Source: Mobula hypostoma
Lineage: Eukaryota
Direction of reading: 5' to 3'
DNA: 64,000 nt
NCBI RefSeq assembly: GCF_963921235.1
Contig: NC_086109.1
Coordinates: 7,008,001-7,072,000, forward strand
Made by a program: the position numbers and the translations under genes. The stretch's first letter is position 1. The number at the start of each line of letters is the position of its first letter. Positions 1 through 13,469 of the stretch are shown here, in pieces. The notes beneath the pieces were generated by a model. It did no database searches. It saw only the letters and a list, made by a program, of their open reading frames with translations, and had not been told where the DNA came from.

Positions 1-182
1 CTGTTATAATAAAGCAAACAGTCATATAAATATGTGAAACAGTGGCAATAAAAGATGGAAGATGTCCAATGCAGGATGAGAGTGTGTCTGTGATTTGGGG
101 AGTCGGTGGGGGAAGGATGGCAGTGGCTTCAGACAGGGTGTACATGTGCGCTGGCCGGCAGCAGTGGGTTCTTTATTTCTGT

Positions 183-665
183 TGTTATTATTTATTTTTT
201 CTCAGCTCAATCCAATAAAACCTGAGGTACAGGCATAGCCAAGCACACTCATTTCTCTATTGCTAGGAACCTTTGGACTATTCTAGTGGTGTTTAATATT
301 GTGGCTTTCTGAAGATTGACATAGATATTACTGTGTAGGCCTGATTGTTTAATGTTATTGTGTTGTGCCTTTGGGATGATACCAGTTGTAGATATTACTA
401 TCGGGACAATGTATATCCTGTTCATATTCCATAGTCTTTCAATTTCCTCTTTTCATTCAGCATATTTCTGGTCTGTTTCACGTACTGATTTCTGTCTTTT
501 ATGTGTGTTTGGAATGGCTATATCTATTAAGTAAGTTGTTCTTGCTAGTTTATCCTGTAATATCTGGAAGGTTCTTATGGATTGTCCTATCAGTAATAAC
601 TGATCAGTTGTAATTCAGTCTGTGGTATTCTGTCTCTAAATCTGGATCAGGCTTGTATTTATAAT
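183..665 (-). mobile_element. R4/Dong-clade non-LTR retrotransposon, 3' fragment (restriction-like endonuclease domain, degraded)
   Basis: The minus strand, read across a frameshift and stops, gives YKYKPDPDLE...ITDRTIHKNLPDI/LQDKLARTTYLIDIAIPNTH...KYAE*KEEIERLW...IVPIVISTTGIIPK...LQKATILNTTRIVQRFLAIEK* (stop 249-251). This matches the PD..D..P and KY motifs of R4-type RLE domains. It is flanked by (TAA/TTA)n-like repeats. Confidence 0.85.
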
Positions 666-1193
666 ATTATTATTATTATTTGTTTTTTTTGAATTTGTAC
701 AGTTTGTCTTATTTTGCATATTGGTTGTTTCTCAGTCGTTTTTCATTGATCCTATTGTGCTTCTTTGTTCTACTGTGAATGTCTGCAAGAAAATGAATCT
801 GAGGGTTGTTTATAGTGACGTATAAGCACTTTGAACTTTGAGCCAGCTGGCTGAAACTGAAGGATTGCTGAGAATCTGGGGAAGATGGTGAGGGTGGAGG
901 GACGTGGCGAAATAGGGAGGGGAATAGTGGGCGATACAAAAAGTGAATATATGAAGGTCAAACCAATGTTTAACTGGGAGATAAAGTAGGTCAACAATAG
1001 GGGTGTGTTGCGGACAGGATGGTGTGGGTTAGACCACGGGTCAGAAATGGTGAGGATTCTGCCTGCTTCTGAAGGCTTAACGCCTTTGATTTGAGCGTTG
1101 ACCTTTGAGCGATGCTGAATTCAGAGTATATGTGACATTATAAATAGGTACACCTACACTGAGCATCACTTTATGTAAATACAATCAGTCTAT

Positions 1194-1247
1194 GTACTGT
1201 GCAAAAATCTCAGGCACTATTTATAGCTAGACTTTTGCACAGTTCTG
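1194..1247. mobile_element. Tc1/mariner-type mini-MITE (hairpin); further copies at 2261-2325 and 2768-2830
   Basis: Inverted repeats resembling CAGTACTGTGCAAAAGTCTTAGGCAC surround a short AT-rich spacer. The arrangement occurs three times. Confidence 0.6.
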
Positions 1248-1309
1248 TAGTAATGTTATGTACTGCACTGTACTGCTGCTGTAAAAAAATCCACAAATTT
1301 CATGACACA

Positions 1310-1868
1310 TGTGAAACCCCGCTGGTTTCCTTGCCTGTGTAAGTCTAGGGAATACCCAAACTCCGGTCCTGCCAAACCCGTGAGGTCGGAACGGCTCTCC
1401 CATCCCAAACCCTGGTTTGTGTGGACGCTGTGCAATTTGCTTCCCTGTTACAACTCAGTGCCAAGAAATAACAGACAGCACACTGCATACAATTAAGGAT
1501 TTATATTTATGAATCTTAACTTAACTAAAAGGTTAGTAAAGGAAAGTATGAAAAAAACAAAAAGGGCCCATTATAATTAAACAGTCAAATGTGCATAAGT
1601 TGGAGCTCAACTCTTCAAAAAGTACTCACTGATCCTCAGTAGAACCTGGCACTTCGCTCCATCGAATCACAGGCCCCCTACCGGTTCTCTCCAGCGTCTT
1701 CTCTCTTCATCTCCCGCCGAAAACAAAAAAAAAAGCCAAGACCAACCTTAGTGTCCCTCACAAAACCTCCCAGTTCCACCATCCTAATTGGATGACACAC
1801 CTTCCTCAGCATCCCTTATCTTCAACGATAACCCAAACAGGCTGAAAGCAGAACGGACAGCTCTCACA
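1310..1868 (-). mobile_element. Probable solo LTR
   Basis: Bounded by TGTGA...TCACA and interrupts a LINE 3' tail. No clean TSD is visible. Confidence 0.4.
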
Positions 1869-3520
1869 GAAATGCCAACATGAAATACGTACAGCATAGC
1901 GGTAAGAATGTGAACAAATGTGAACATATGTGAGTGATTCTGATACGGGTCTCTATTGTGGACTGAGAATGGGAGGGGGGGCAGGGAGAGGGGAATCATG
2001 GTTGGAAAAGGGGAAAGGGAGAGGGGAGGGAGTGGGAAGAACCAGAGAGACATTCTATATTGATCAATAAACCAATTGTTTGGAATCAAATGACCTTACC
2101 TGGAGTCTCAGGGCTGGGTGAGTCTGCACCCCCTGTCCCTGACACTCCTTCTCTGCCATCTGTCCCTCAGTCCTCCTGCGTCGCTCCATCCTTACCTTTC
2201 CAAACATCCTTTGCACCGGCCTGATTTTCAAACACGCTCCCCGCTCCACATTGACAAATACAGTACTGTGCAAATGTCTTAGGCACCCTATACCGTATGT
2301 GCCTAGAACTTTTGCACAAGACTGTATACAATCTAATCTCATGTATATATGGTCATTGTGTTTATTGGATTGTTTTTATATTTATATTTATTGAGTTTTT
2401 ATTGTGTTCTTTATGCTTATTGATTGATTAACTTTATTTGTCACATGTATGTTGAAATATCGAAACATACAGTGAAATGTGTTGCTTGCGTCAAATTAAA
2501 CAGGGCGAGGATTTTGCTGGGCAGAGCGCTAATGTCACCATGATTCCAGCACCAACGTTAGCATGCCCTTAACTCACTAACCCTAACCTATACATCCCTC
2601 CCCTCTCCCTCCCCTCTCCCCAACCACCATTCCCCTCTCCCTGTCCCCTTCCCACTCTTGGTCCTCAGTAGAGACCTGTATTCAAATCAGGTTTATCATC
2701 AATCACACATGTCATGGAATTAGTTTTTTTTTGCGGCAACAGTACAGTGCAATACATAGAATTACTACAGTACTGTGCAAAAGTCTTAAGCATATATATA
2801 TATATATATATAAGACTTTCGTACAGTACTATACATTGTAGGACTTTGGGAGGACACCAGAGCACCTGGAGGAAAACCACATGATCACGGGCAGAACGTG
2901 CAAACTCCTTACAGACAGTGGTGGGAATCAGACCCCAAACTTACAGATGGCACCGTAAAGCGTTGTGCTAGCCGCTAAGCTACCGTGCTGGTACGTGGGA
3001 GCGACGGTACGGAGGGAGTTTTAGTCTGTGTCTGAACCTGGGAGTGTGTCTTTTTTGGGCTGCGTCGGTTCATTCCGTTCAATCATTTCAATCATTTTGT
3101 TCTCCTTTACACTCAAGTACTGAAGGATGACAATAAACAATCTTGAATGTTAATTACTGAATTGGCTCCGTAAGTCTGAAGCACCTGTGGCTGTCAGTCA
3201 CCAGGGAGCTGATACATGGATTCAATAAGCCAGCCTGGGAAATGACAGTATAGACTTGGACTTGATACATTACTTCATCCTTGTTTGAGAGAGAAACAAA
3301 ATACTGAATAAGTTTCACAGGTTGACTATCCCCTCTTTCTCCAAAAAGATAACATTGGAAATTCCCTGTGATTGCATTAAAAAGAATTGAGGAACTGAAA
3401 ATCTTGCATAATTATTTCAAGTAGATAAGTTTTGAAAGGTCGGAGAAGGGCAAGTCTAAGCACCCACACTCAACGTTTTAGAAACAACTTTTTCCCCTCT
3501 GTCATCAGATTTCTGAACGC

Positions 3521-4860
3521 TTGTTGGGGGATTTCAATATGCAGGTAGATTGGGAAAATCAGCTTGGTGCTAGATCCCGAAAAAGAGAGAGATTTTGAAG
3601 GATGCCTGTGAGATGGCTTTTTAGAATAGCTTGTGGTTGAGCCCACGAGGGCATCAGCTAGTCTGGGTTGCGTGTTGTGTAATGAACCAGATTTGATTAG
3701 GGAATTAAGGTACAGGAACCTTTAGGGACCAGTGATGAATTCACCCCACAATATGAGAGGGAGAAGCTAAAGTCGGAGGTGTCAGTATTACAATGGAGTA
3801 AAGGGAATTGCAGAGGTATGAGAGAGGAGCTGGCCAAAGTTGATTGGAAGGGGACACTAGCAGGGATGACGGCAAAGCAGTAATGGCTGGAGTTTGTGGG
3901 AGCAATTCAGCATATGTACATCCCATAGATGAAAAAGTATTCTAAAGGAAAGAAGGTACAACCATTGCTAACAAGAGAAATCAAAACCAACATAAATGCA
4001 AAAGAGAGAGCATATAGTAGAGCAAAACTTAGCGGGAAGTTAGAGGATTGGGAAGCTTTTAAAAACCAACAGAAGGCAACTAAAAAAGCCATAAGGGAGG
4101 AAAAGAAATATGAAGGTAAGCTGGCCAACAACATCAAAGAAGATAACAAGAGCTTTTTTCAGACATATAAAGAGTTAAATAGAGGTGAGAATAGATATTG
4201 GACCGCTGGAAAATAATGATGGTGAGGAAGGCAAAAGCAATATTAGTATTCATTTCAGGAGGACTAGATTACTAAAGCAAGGATGTAATGCTGAGGCTTT
4301 ATAAGGCACTGGTGAGGCCTCACTTAGAGTATTGTGAACAGTTATGGGCCCGTTATCTACGAAAGGATGTGCTGACATTGGAAAGGGTTCAGAGGAGTTT
4401 CACAAGAGTGATCCTGAGAATGAAAGGGTTAATGTATGAGGACTGCTTGATGGCTCTGGCCTGTACTTTCTGGAATTTAGAAGAATGAGGGGAGATCTCT
4501 TTGAAACCTATCTAATATTCGAAGGCTTAAGAAGAGTGGATATAGAGAGGATGTTTCCTGTAGTGGGGGAGACTCGGACCAGAGGACGCAGCATCAGAAT
4601 AGAGGGATGTCAGTTGAGAATGGAGATGAGGAGGGATTTCTTTAGCCTGAGGGTGGTGAATCTGTGGAATTCATTGCTACAGTCGCCTGTAGAGGCCAAG
4701 TCATTGGGTGTATTTAAGGCGGAGGTTGATAGGTTCTTGATTAGTCAGGGCATGAGAGGTTATGGGGAGAAGGCAGGAGAATGGGATTGAGAGGGAAATG
4801 TATCAGCCGACCTGATGGGCTGAATGGCCTAATTCTGTCCCTATGTCTTATGGTTTTATG
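3521..4860 (+). mobile_element. CR1 LINE, degraded, internally deleted (endonuclease end plus RT C-terminus and 3' tail)
   Basis: ORFs 3929-4216, 4288-4488 (LYKALVRPHLEYCEQLW) and 4485-4790 (MRGDLFETY...TRGRS...FFSLRVVNLWNSL). Confidence 0.9.
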
Positions 4861-5045
4861 AATCAATGTACTCAATTGCACCACTCTTCACCAAGAGTCC
4901 TGATAAAGGGTCTTGGCATGTAACACTGACTGTTTACTCCTCTCTATCGATGCTGCCTGACCTGCTGAGTTCCTCCAGCATTCTGTGTGTATCACTGTTC
5001 CTCTTTTGCGCTATTTATAAATTGTGTAAATTATAGTAATCTTTT

Positions 5046-5370
5046 GGGTGCCGGGGTGAAGCTACATCTCTACCAAAGGAGGTGTAATGTGCTCCTTCCC
5101 TCTGCTAGCCTGCAGGATACCCCTGGGCAAAGTGTAGCACCAGCTCAGAAACCTCTCCCCTCCCCGGATCAGGGTGACGCAAAGCCATGGGAGCAGGTGG
5201 TGGATGCTTGTGTGAGCAGCTGTTGTACATCGCAAGTCCTGGTTATGCGACCACTGACGCCAGGCTGACAATCTCTGAAGAGTCACCCATCTTGAAAAGA
5301 CACTGCCCGCTTCTGTGGAAAAATTTGCCCAGAACAATCAGGGTCAAAGACATAATGATGATAATGATGT
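5046..5370 (+). mobile_element. RTE-type non-autonomous retroposon, family A; further copies at 11965-12371(-), 47845-48224(+), 58540-58917(+)
   Basis: Four homologous non-coding copies of about 330-400 bp. The 3' end resembles RTE elements (AGAAGAAGGCAAGGGCAAACCACTTC in the 47845 copy) and carries a short tandem tail. Confidence 0.65.
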
Positions 5371-6167
5371 TGAGTAACTTTTAGATCTTTTCCTGTACTA
5401 CTGCCACACAACAACAGATTTCATAACATACACCGGTGATAATAAACCTGATTCGGATTCTGAACCCTCCCAATAATCAAAGACATTTGCAAAAAGGCGA
5501 TGCCCAAGGAAGGTGGCATTCATCATGAAGGAGCCTCTCCATCTGGGAAATGCCCTCTTCTTATTCCTCCCCTCGGGGAGAAGGTACAGGAGCCAGAAGA
5601 CCCAGTGCTCTGGTTTCCTCCCACATTCCAAAGATGTACCGGTTAGGGTTAATAAATTGTGTGTCAACATAGCAACCCTAATGTGTACATCTTTGGAATG
5701 TGGAGGGGTGGGGGAGAACCAGAGCACCCAGAGGAGACCCCCATGGTCATGGGGAGAACATACAAATTCCTCACAGACTGTGGCGGGAATTGAACCTGGG
5801 TCGACCATCGGATTACCGCATTATGCTAGCTGCTGTGGTGACTGCTCTCTGCGGGTTTAATTGGTGCAGAGCAGAGCAGTTGCCTACCAGGTTGAGACAA
5901 AACCCATCAAGATACTTCCTCTAGCACACCTGTAGAAGTCTGAGAGAACTTTTCTTTCTCTCTTGCACAGGCAGCCCCCTGTATCTTATAAACACAAGAG
6001 ATTCTGCAGAAGCAGGAAGGCCACAGCAACATACACACACACAAAATGCTACAGGAACTCAGCAAGGCAGAAAGCATCTATGGAGAAGAATAAACAGTTG
6101 ACTTTTCAGATTGAGTCCCTTCCTCAGAACTGAAGAGGAAAGGGGAGGAGGCCAGAATAAGAAGGTG

Positions 6168-7135
6168 TAGTCATAGTCATACTTTATTGATCCCGGGGGA
6201 AATTGGTTTTCGTTACAGTTGCACCATAAATACTAAATAGTGATAAAACCATAAATAGTTAAATAGTAATATGTAAATTATGCCAGGAAATAAGTCCAGG
6301 ACCAGTCTATTGGCTCAGAGTTTCTGACCCTCCAAGGGAGGAGTTGTAAAGTTCGATGGCCACAGGCAGGAATGACTTCCTATGATGCTTTGTGTTGCAT
6401 CTCGGTAGAACGAGTCTCTGGCTGAATGTACTCCTGTGCCCACCCAATACATTATGTAATGGATGGGAGACATTGTCCAAGATGGCATGCAACTTAGACA
6501 GCATCCTCTTTTCAGACACCACCGTCAGAGAGTCCAGTTCCATCCCCACAACATCACTGGCCTTACGAATGAGTTTGTTGATTCTGTTGGTGTCTGCTAC
6601 CCTCAGCCTGCTGCCCCAGCACACAACAGCAAACATGATAGCACTGGCCACCACAGACTCGTAGAACATCCTCAGCATCGTCCGGCAGATGTTAAAGGAC
6701 CTCAGTCTCCTCAGGAAATAGAGAAGGCTCTGACCCTTCTTGTAGACAGCCTCAGTGTTCTTTGACCGGTCCAGTTTATTGTCAATTCGTATCCCCAGGT
6801 ATTGTTCACACTGACCCCCTGGATGGAAACAGGGGTCACCAGTACCTTAGCTCTCCTCAGGTCTACCACCAGCTCCTTAGTCTTTTTCACATTAAGCTGC
6901 AGATAATTCTGCTCACACCATGTGACAAAGTTTCCTACCGTAGCCCTGTGCTCAGCCTCATCTCTGATGCATCCAACTATGGCAGAGTCATCCGAAAACT
7001 TCTGAAGATGACAAGACTCTGTGCAGTAGTTGAAGTCCGAGGTGTAAATGGTGAAGAGAAAGGGAGACAAGACAGTCCCCTGTGGAGCCCCAGTGCTGCT
7101 GATCACTGTCGGACACACAGAGTTGCAAGCACACG
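6168..7135 (-). mobile_element. Rex1/Babar LINE, 3' portion (RT plus C-terminal domain), inserted into a PLE remnant
   Basis: ORF 6711-7223 (GAPQGTVLSPFLF, FSDDSA, LNVKKTKELVVD) and ORF 6307-6678 (FYESVVASAIMFAVVCWG). It has a (GACTAT)n tail, and the PLE sequence resumes at about 7135. Confidence 0.9.
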
Positions 7136-8189
7136 GGGGGCAGAAGGAGTAGAAGCTGGCAGGTGATAGGTTAGACAAGTTGAGAAGGTGAGGAGGATCT
7201 TGTGTGACAACTCTTCTGTACAAATGGCAGGGAAGTCCATTAATTCTTTTGGTAGATTTCTTTGTCTTCCTCTACCTTCTGGCCCTCAGTCTCCTGGTCA
7301 CCTCTCTGTTAGTTGTGGTCCTCTCTAACTTGGGAAGGACTCACTTACTGCAGGGGGACTTCAGCAGCTCCTGATGTGGGAATTTGAGATCTCGGCTGGC
7401 CAGGAGTACGCCCTGTGATTGTGTGTGGGGAACTGCAGATTCACACCGGACCTATAATATACCTCTCCTGATCCTGAGAGAGATACAGGCAACAGATACA
7501 GATGTTACAAGTGGTGAAGCCCTTAGACCTCAAATCCAGACACTTGGAGTGTGTATCATGTTTATTCACCATATACATTTACCTGCACAGGCATAAGGAA
7601 TTTGCTGGGTGTGTTTCGTCAGGGCGAGACATGCAACAAAAAAGAACATTCAACAATTGTAAGGAATAAAGAATTCTGTTAAAAATATAGTTAGAGTTTA
7701 AAGTGCGGATATGGAATACAATGTGCATAAATATTCATTTGATGACAGTTCAAAAACAGATTTTGTTAGTGCAGCGATTGTGAGGGAATTTTTCACAAAT
7801 TCCCCTCCAAGGAATTCTGGACTTCCTCCTTTCTTCGCAACACAAGTTCCTCATTTAGTGGCAAAACATGACAGGCCTTTGTAATGTCGTCACTGACAGC
7901 TCTGTGTAAGCAAAATTAATCACTAACCAATGCCAAATTTAGACAATAGCTCTTTTCATTTCTTCTGGCACCGACTCAAGTCCTTTGATGAGGGCTGTTG
8001 GTGACATTACCGTGGCAACTTGTCGCATTGGCCGGTTTATTCTTGTCCGTGCAATAACAATGCTGGAATCAATGTCACAGCAGGTAGAGCTGCTGCCTCA
8101 CATCTCTACTGACGTGGGTTCAATCCTGCCCTCTGGCACTAGCCCTTTGGAGTTTGCCCATTCTCCCTAGGACTGCATAGAGCCATAGA

Positions 8190-9210
8190 ATAGAGCCATA
8201 AGAAGTACAGCACAGAAACAGGTCCTTTGACCCATCCAGCCCATGCTGGACTGTTTAAACTGCCTACTCCCATCGACCTCCACCCGGACCATAGCCTTCC
8301 ATACCCCTACCATCCATGTAGCTCACCAAACCTCTTTTAAACATTGAAATCGAGCTCATATTCACCACTTGTGCTGGCAGCTCGTTCCACTCTCTCACCA
8401 CCCTCTGAGTGAAGAAGTTTCCCCTCATGTTCCCCTTAAACTTTTCACCTTTCACCCTTAACTCATGACCTCTGGTTGTAGTCCCACCCAGCTTCAGTGG
8501 AAAAAGCCTGCTTGCATTTACCCTAGCTATGACCCTCATAGTTTTGTATACCTCTATCAAATCTCCTCTCAATCTTCTACATTCAGGAATAATGTCCTAA
8601 CCTATTCTTATAGGTTATAGGGGGATCTTATTGAAACGTATAAAATTCTAAAGGGATTGGACAGGCTAGATGCAGGAAGATTTTTCCCGATGTTGGGGAA
8701 GTCCAGAACGGGGGGGGGGGGGGGTCACAGTTTAAGGATAAAGGGGAAGCCTTTTAGGACCGAGATGAGGAAAAACTTCTTCACACAGAGAGTGATGAAT
8801 CTGTGGAATTCTCTGCCACAGGAAACAGTTGAGGCCAGTTCATTGGCTATATTTAAGAGGGAGTTAGATATGGCCCTTGTGGCTAAAGGGATCAGGGGGT
8901 ATGGAGAGAAGGCAGGTACAGGGTTCTGAGTTGGATGATCAGCCATGATCATACTGAATGGCGGTGCAGGCTCGAAAGGCCGAATGGCCTACTCCTGCAC
9001 CTATTTTCTATGTTTCTATGTTTCTATTCAATCATTCCTTATAACTCAGGTACTCCAGACTGGCAGCACCTTGTAAATTTTCACTGTACTCTTTCAACAT
9101 TATTTACATCTTTCCTGTCGGTAGGTGACCAAAACTGTACACAATACTCCAAATTAGGCCTCAGCTAAGGCTCGTACAACTTCAACATAACATCCCGTGC
9201 CCATAGATCA
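8190..9210 (-). mobile_element. Old CR1 3' fragment (-) interrupted by a younger CR1 3' fragment (+, about 8612-9027)
   Basis: ORF 8264-8572 (-) and ORF 8657-8929 (+). The inner piece is near-identical to the 3' end of the CR1 at 17141. Confidence 0.85.
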
Positions 9211-9848
9211 GCATGCATGGATTTCCCCCCGCTACTCCAGTTTCCTCCACCCTCCCAACACGTCTATGGTGGTTGGTTAATTGGCTGATGTAAGTTGCCC
9301 TCCCTGTGGCGGTGAGTGGTGAGTCTGGGGTTGATTTGAGGGGTGGCATGGTAGTATAGCATTTAGCACAACACTTTATAGCACCTGCCATCACCAACTG
9401 GGCTTCATTTCCTGCCACTGTCTGTAAGGAGGTTGTTCATTCTCCCCTCGACCATGTGGGTTTCCTCCGGGTGATCCGGTTTCCTCCCACCTTCCAAAGA
9501 GTGATGGGTTAGGGTTAGTGAGTTGTGGGCGTGCCATGTTGTCGTGGTGACACTTGCGGGCTGCCCCCAGCACACCCTCAGACTGTGTTGGCTGTTCAAT
9601 CAAATGGCTCATTTCACTGCATGTACTGATGTTTCGACATACATACTCACAGAGTCATAGAACACTATACCACAGAAGCAGGCCATTCAGTCCATCTAAT
9701 CTGTACCAAACCACTAACCTTCCTAGTCCCATCGACCTACACCCGGATCATAGCCCTCCCTACCTCTCTCATCCATGTACCTATCCAAAATAGAGACAAA
9801 TACACATGATGAATAAAGCTAATCTTTCAATCTTTTTATGTTTGACTG

Positions 9849-10096
9849 ACCCGGCTGGTGGCGTAGTGGCATCAGTGCCGGACTTCGGGACGAAAGGTCC
9901 CGAGTTCGAATCCAGCTGGCTCCCCTGCAGGCTTTCCATCCGTGCTGTGTTACGAGCCAGTGACCTCTTTGGAAACTCACCCGGCAGAAGGCAATGTAAC
10001 TTGCCTCGTACGCGATTCCCCACTACGTCAGAGAGGCGTGGAGGGAAATCGTCCGCTAACCAGAGGAACTCCGCATGCGACGTACCGTTCCTTTCC
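9849..10096 (+). mobile_element. Young tRNA-derived SINE (tRNA-Pro-like head)
   Basis: A box TGGCGTAGTGG (9859-9869) and B box GTTCGAATCC (9904-9913). Perfect 15-bp TSD TTTTATGTTTGACTG (9834-9848 / 10097-10111). CpGs are retained and there is a (TTCC)n-like tail. Confidence 0.85.
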
Positions 10097-10329
10097 TTTT
10101 ATGTTTGACTGTGGGGAGAGTGACATAGGATCAGTATAGGATTGGTTTACATGAACTCACTGGGCTGAAGGGCCTGTTTCTGTCCTGTAAATTCTTTCCC
10201 CTTAATGGAATCTGAAAGGCAGCTTAAATCACAGCTTTTTGCAATGGGACATTGGAAGACATTCGGAGCAGCAGGTGGAGGAGCAAGCTTTCGAGAGCTT
10301 CACTGAGAAAACCCAGCAGCTTCAATTAT

Positions 10330-10845
10330 AAACACAAGAGATTCTGTAGATGTTGGAAATCCAGAGGAACACACACAAAATGCTAGAGGAACTCAGCAGG
10401 TCAGGTAACATCTATGGAGGGAGATAAACAGTTGACATTTTGGGCGGAGGTCCTTCATCAGGACTAGAAAGGGCGGGACGGAAGTCAGAAGAAGAAGTGG
10501 GGAGGAGGAAGGAGTACAAACTGGCAGGTGATAGGTGAGGCCAGGTGAGGGGGGAGGGGTGAAGTAAGAAGCTGCGAGGTGATAGGTGGAAAAGGTAAAG
10601 GGCTGAAGAAGAAGGAATCTGATAGGAGAGGACCATGTACCGTGGGAGAAAGAGAAGGAGGAGGGGCACCAGAGGGAAGTGATGGGCAGGTGAAGAGAAG
10701 AGAAGGGGTGAGAGGGCGTCAGAATGGGGAATGGGAAATGAGAGAATGGAATGAGTTTGTAAATTACTGTAATCTAGAGAAATTGTGTTCTTACCATCAG
10801 CTGGAGTCTACCCGGACAGGATTTGAGGTGTTGCTTCTCCAATTA
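10330..10845 (-). mobile_element. Penelope-like element 3' end (GIY-YIG tail plus pseudo-LTR with degenerate hammerhead motif)
   Basis: Homologous to 15690-16265 and 27150-27780. Confidence 0.75.
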
Positions 10846-11446
10846 AATTTGGGGTAAAGCAATTAAGGAGGATTTAACTTTCCTATAGTATCCATTTGTC
10901 TCTGTCTCCTTAATGGATTTTGAAAGCAGCTGATCAAATAATGCATTTATTACAGTGTCTACCTGATCTGTAAACATAATGGTATCTGCTGAACCAATCT
11001 CAGATGCTTATTGGTGTGTACAATTATGCAAATTTTTTCTCGGCCATCTGTTCTCTGAAATCTTCCTGTGAGAGAGAAGCCTAGGCCCGTCACCCACCAC
11101 GCTCTACCTGAGTCTGCAGGCTGGGGGATGGGTGTAGAGACGAGGGTGGGGGTCTCAGGCCGGTGTGGGGGGGGCACAGAGTGCTTTTCTGTGCTTTGCA
11201 CCATGTTAGATGCTGAATTGCAGGCTGGGAGCTTCACTTGGTTAGAATTCACGGCCTGGAATGACAAGGCTTCGGCAGACCCCCGGCAGACCCCCAACAG
11301 ACCCCACTGTGCTGAGAGGAGAGCGGGGCGACTCTGAGAGTGAACTTTTATCATGTCTACTGGCTTCACACTCCCTGCTGTACAATTTGTTACAGGCTGC
11401 TGAACTTAACTCCTGTCCCATGAGAGTCACAGCAAATGAAGCAGGA

Positions 11447-11630
11447 CCATCACCGTATCCATCCCATACTGACCCTAGAACAGAGACACTACACACAGGA
11501 ACAGAATCTTCACCCTATCCATCCCATACCAACTGTAGAACAGAGACACTACACACAGGAAATGGCCCTTCACCCTATCCAGCCCATACTGACCCTAGAA
11601 CAGAGACGGTATACACAGGAATAGGCCCTA
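11447..11630. repeat. 60-bp tandem repeat, 3 copies
   Basis: Unit CACCCTATCCATCCCATACTGACCCTAGAACAGAGACACTACACACAGGA... recurs at 60-bp spacing. Confidence 0.9.
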
Positions 11631-13469
11631 CAGCCCAGCATGTTGGTGCTGAACTCGATGCTGAATGAGGCTGATGCCAGCTCATGATCCATATCCCTCC
11701 ATTCCCCACACTGGTAGCATTTAGACTTTGTTATTGTTTTCCTTATTCAGGCTTGATACACTGTGTAATGATCTGATCCGCACAAACAGTGTGCAAGGCA
11801 AGTCTTTCACCGTATTTTAGATGGGCACATGAATGAAAGAAAAATGTGGGAGGGAACTTGGACTGATCTTGGAGTAGGTTGAAGGCTTGGCACAGCATTG
11901 TGGGCCGAAGGACCTATACTGTGCTGTTCCATGTCTATGTGTCTGTCCTAATGGCACTTTAACCATCATCATCATTGTGTGCCATGTCATATGACATCAT
12001 CTTTATGTGCCGTGTCATATGACATAGGTGATCATGATCTTTCCATAATCATGATTGTCTTTGGCAATTTTTTCTAAGGAAGTGCTTTGCCATTGTCTTC
12101 TTCTGGGCGGTGTCTTTACAAGATGGGTGACCCCAGCCATTATCAATACTCTTCAGAGATTGTCTGCCTGGTGTCAGTGTCACATAACCAGGACTTGTGA
12201 TGTGCACCAGCTGCTCATACGACCATCCACCACCTGCTCCCGTGGCTTCACATGACCCTGATCGGGGGCAAAGCAGGTGCTACACCTTGCCCAAGGGAGA
12301 TGTGTAGGCTAGTGGAGGGAAGGAGCACCTTACACCTCCTTTGGTAGAGATGTATGTCCACCCCGCCACACTGTCTGTTAAACACCCCTTTCATATCCGT
12401 TTCCATCTGCACTCCTGGAAGCCCATTCCAGGCATCCACCACTCTCTGTGTAGCTTGCCCCAAGCATCTTCTTTAAGCTTTCCCCTCTACCTTAAAGCTA
12501 CACCCTCTAATATTTGACATTTCTACTCTGAGAAATCCATTCTGACTGTCTACTCTATTTATGCCTCTGATAATTTTATACACTACTAGTAGGTCCCCTC
12601 TTGGCCTCTGACGCTCTAGAAAAAACAATCCAAATCTGCCAAATCTCTCCTCAAATCTTCTACCTCCTAAACCAGGCTGCATCCTCTTGAACAGGCCTCT
12701 TGTACGATAAGATGTACTCTTGACCTCACAATCTACCTCGCTTACCTGCACTCTACTCTTTCTGTAGCTGTTACACTTTATTCTGCATTGTTATTGTTTT
12801 ACTTTATTCCAGCTCAACGCACTGTGTAAAGATTTGTTCTGTGTAAGCTGCATGCAAGGCAAGCTTTTCACTGTTTCTTGGTACATGTGACAATAATGAA
12901 CCAACATTAATACCAATCCTGTTGAGCGTCTTCCGAACCCTTTCCAAAGCCACCACGTATTCCTTTTTCTTAATGCCCCTTATCGTTATAGAGTCACCTG
13001 GCAGAGAAACAGGACCTTGGCCCTCCATGTCTTTCAGTTTTGAAGAAGAGTCTTGGCCTGAAATGATGATTGTTTATTCTTTTCCATAGATGGTACCTGA
13101 CCTGCTGAGGTCCTCCAGGATCTTACGTGTGTTCCTCCATATCCATGCCAGTTATCAAGTGCCTATCAAAATGGATCCCATTGGTCTATAGCCCATTATG
13201 CCTTGGTGATTTAGGTGTTCATCCAGATGCTCCGTTAACTGTTGTGAGAGTCTTTACCTGCACTAATTTGTTAGGCATGTTGTTCCAGATTCCAAACACC
13301 CTCCATGTTGACCTTTTCCTGTCTAACCCTCTTATTCCTAAACCTGAACCTGTGTCCTCTGGTAATTTAAACACCGGGCCAGGTGGACTGAAAAAAACAT
13401 GGTGTCGGCCCCAGAGGTGAGGATCAGGCTGGATCTGCTCTGCATCAATTACTCTGCTCTCCTCGGCGC

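Noticed and set aside
7360..7470. Selenoprotein exon (RSC-TGA-SPP)
   Set aside because: No recognisable selenoprotein homology or SECIS element.
9853..9925. Functional tRNA-Pro gene
   Set aside because: The stems are imperfect, it continues into a SINE body, and it is flanked by a TSD.
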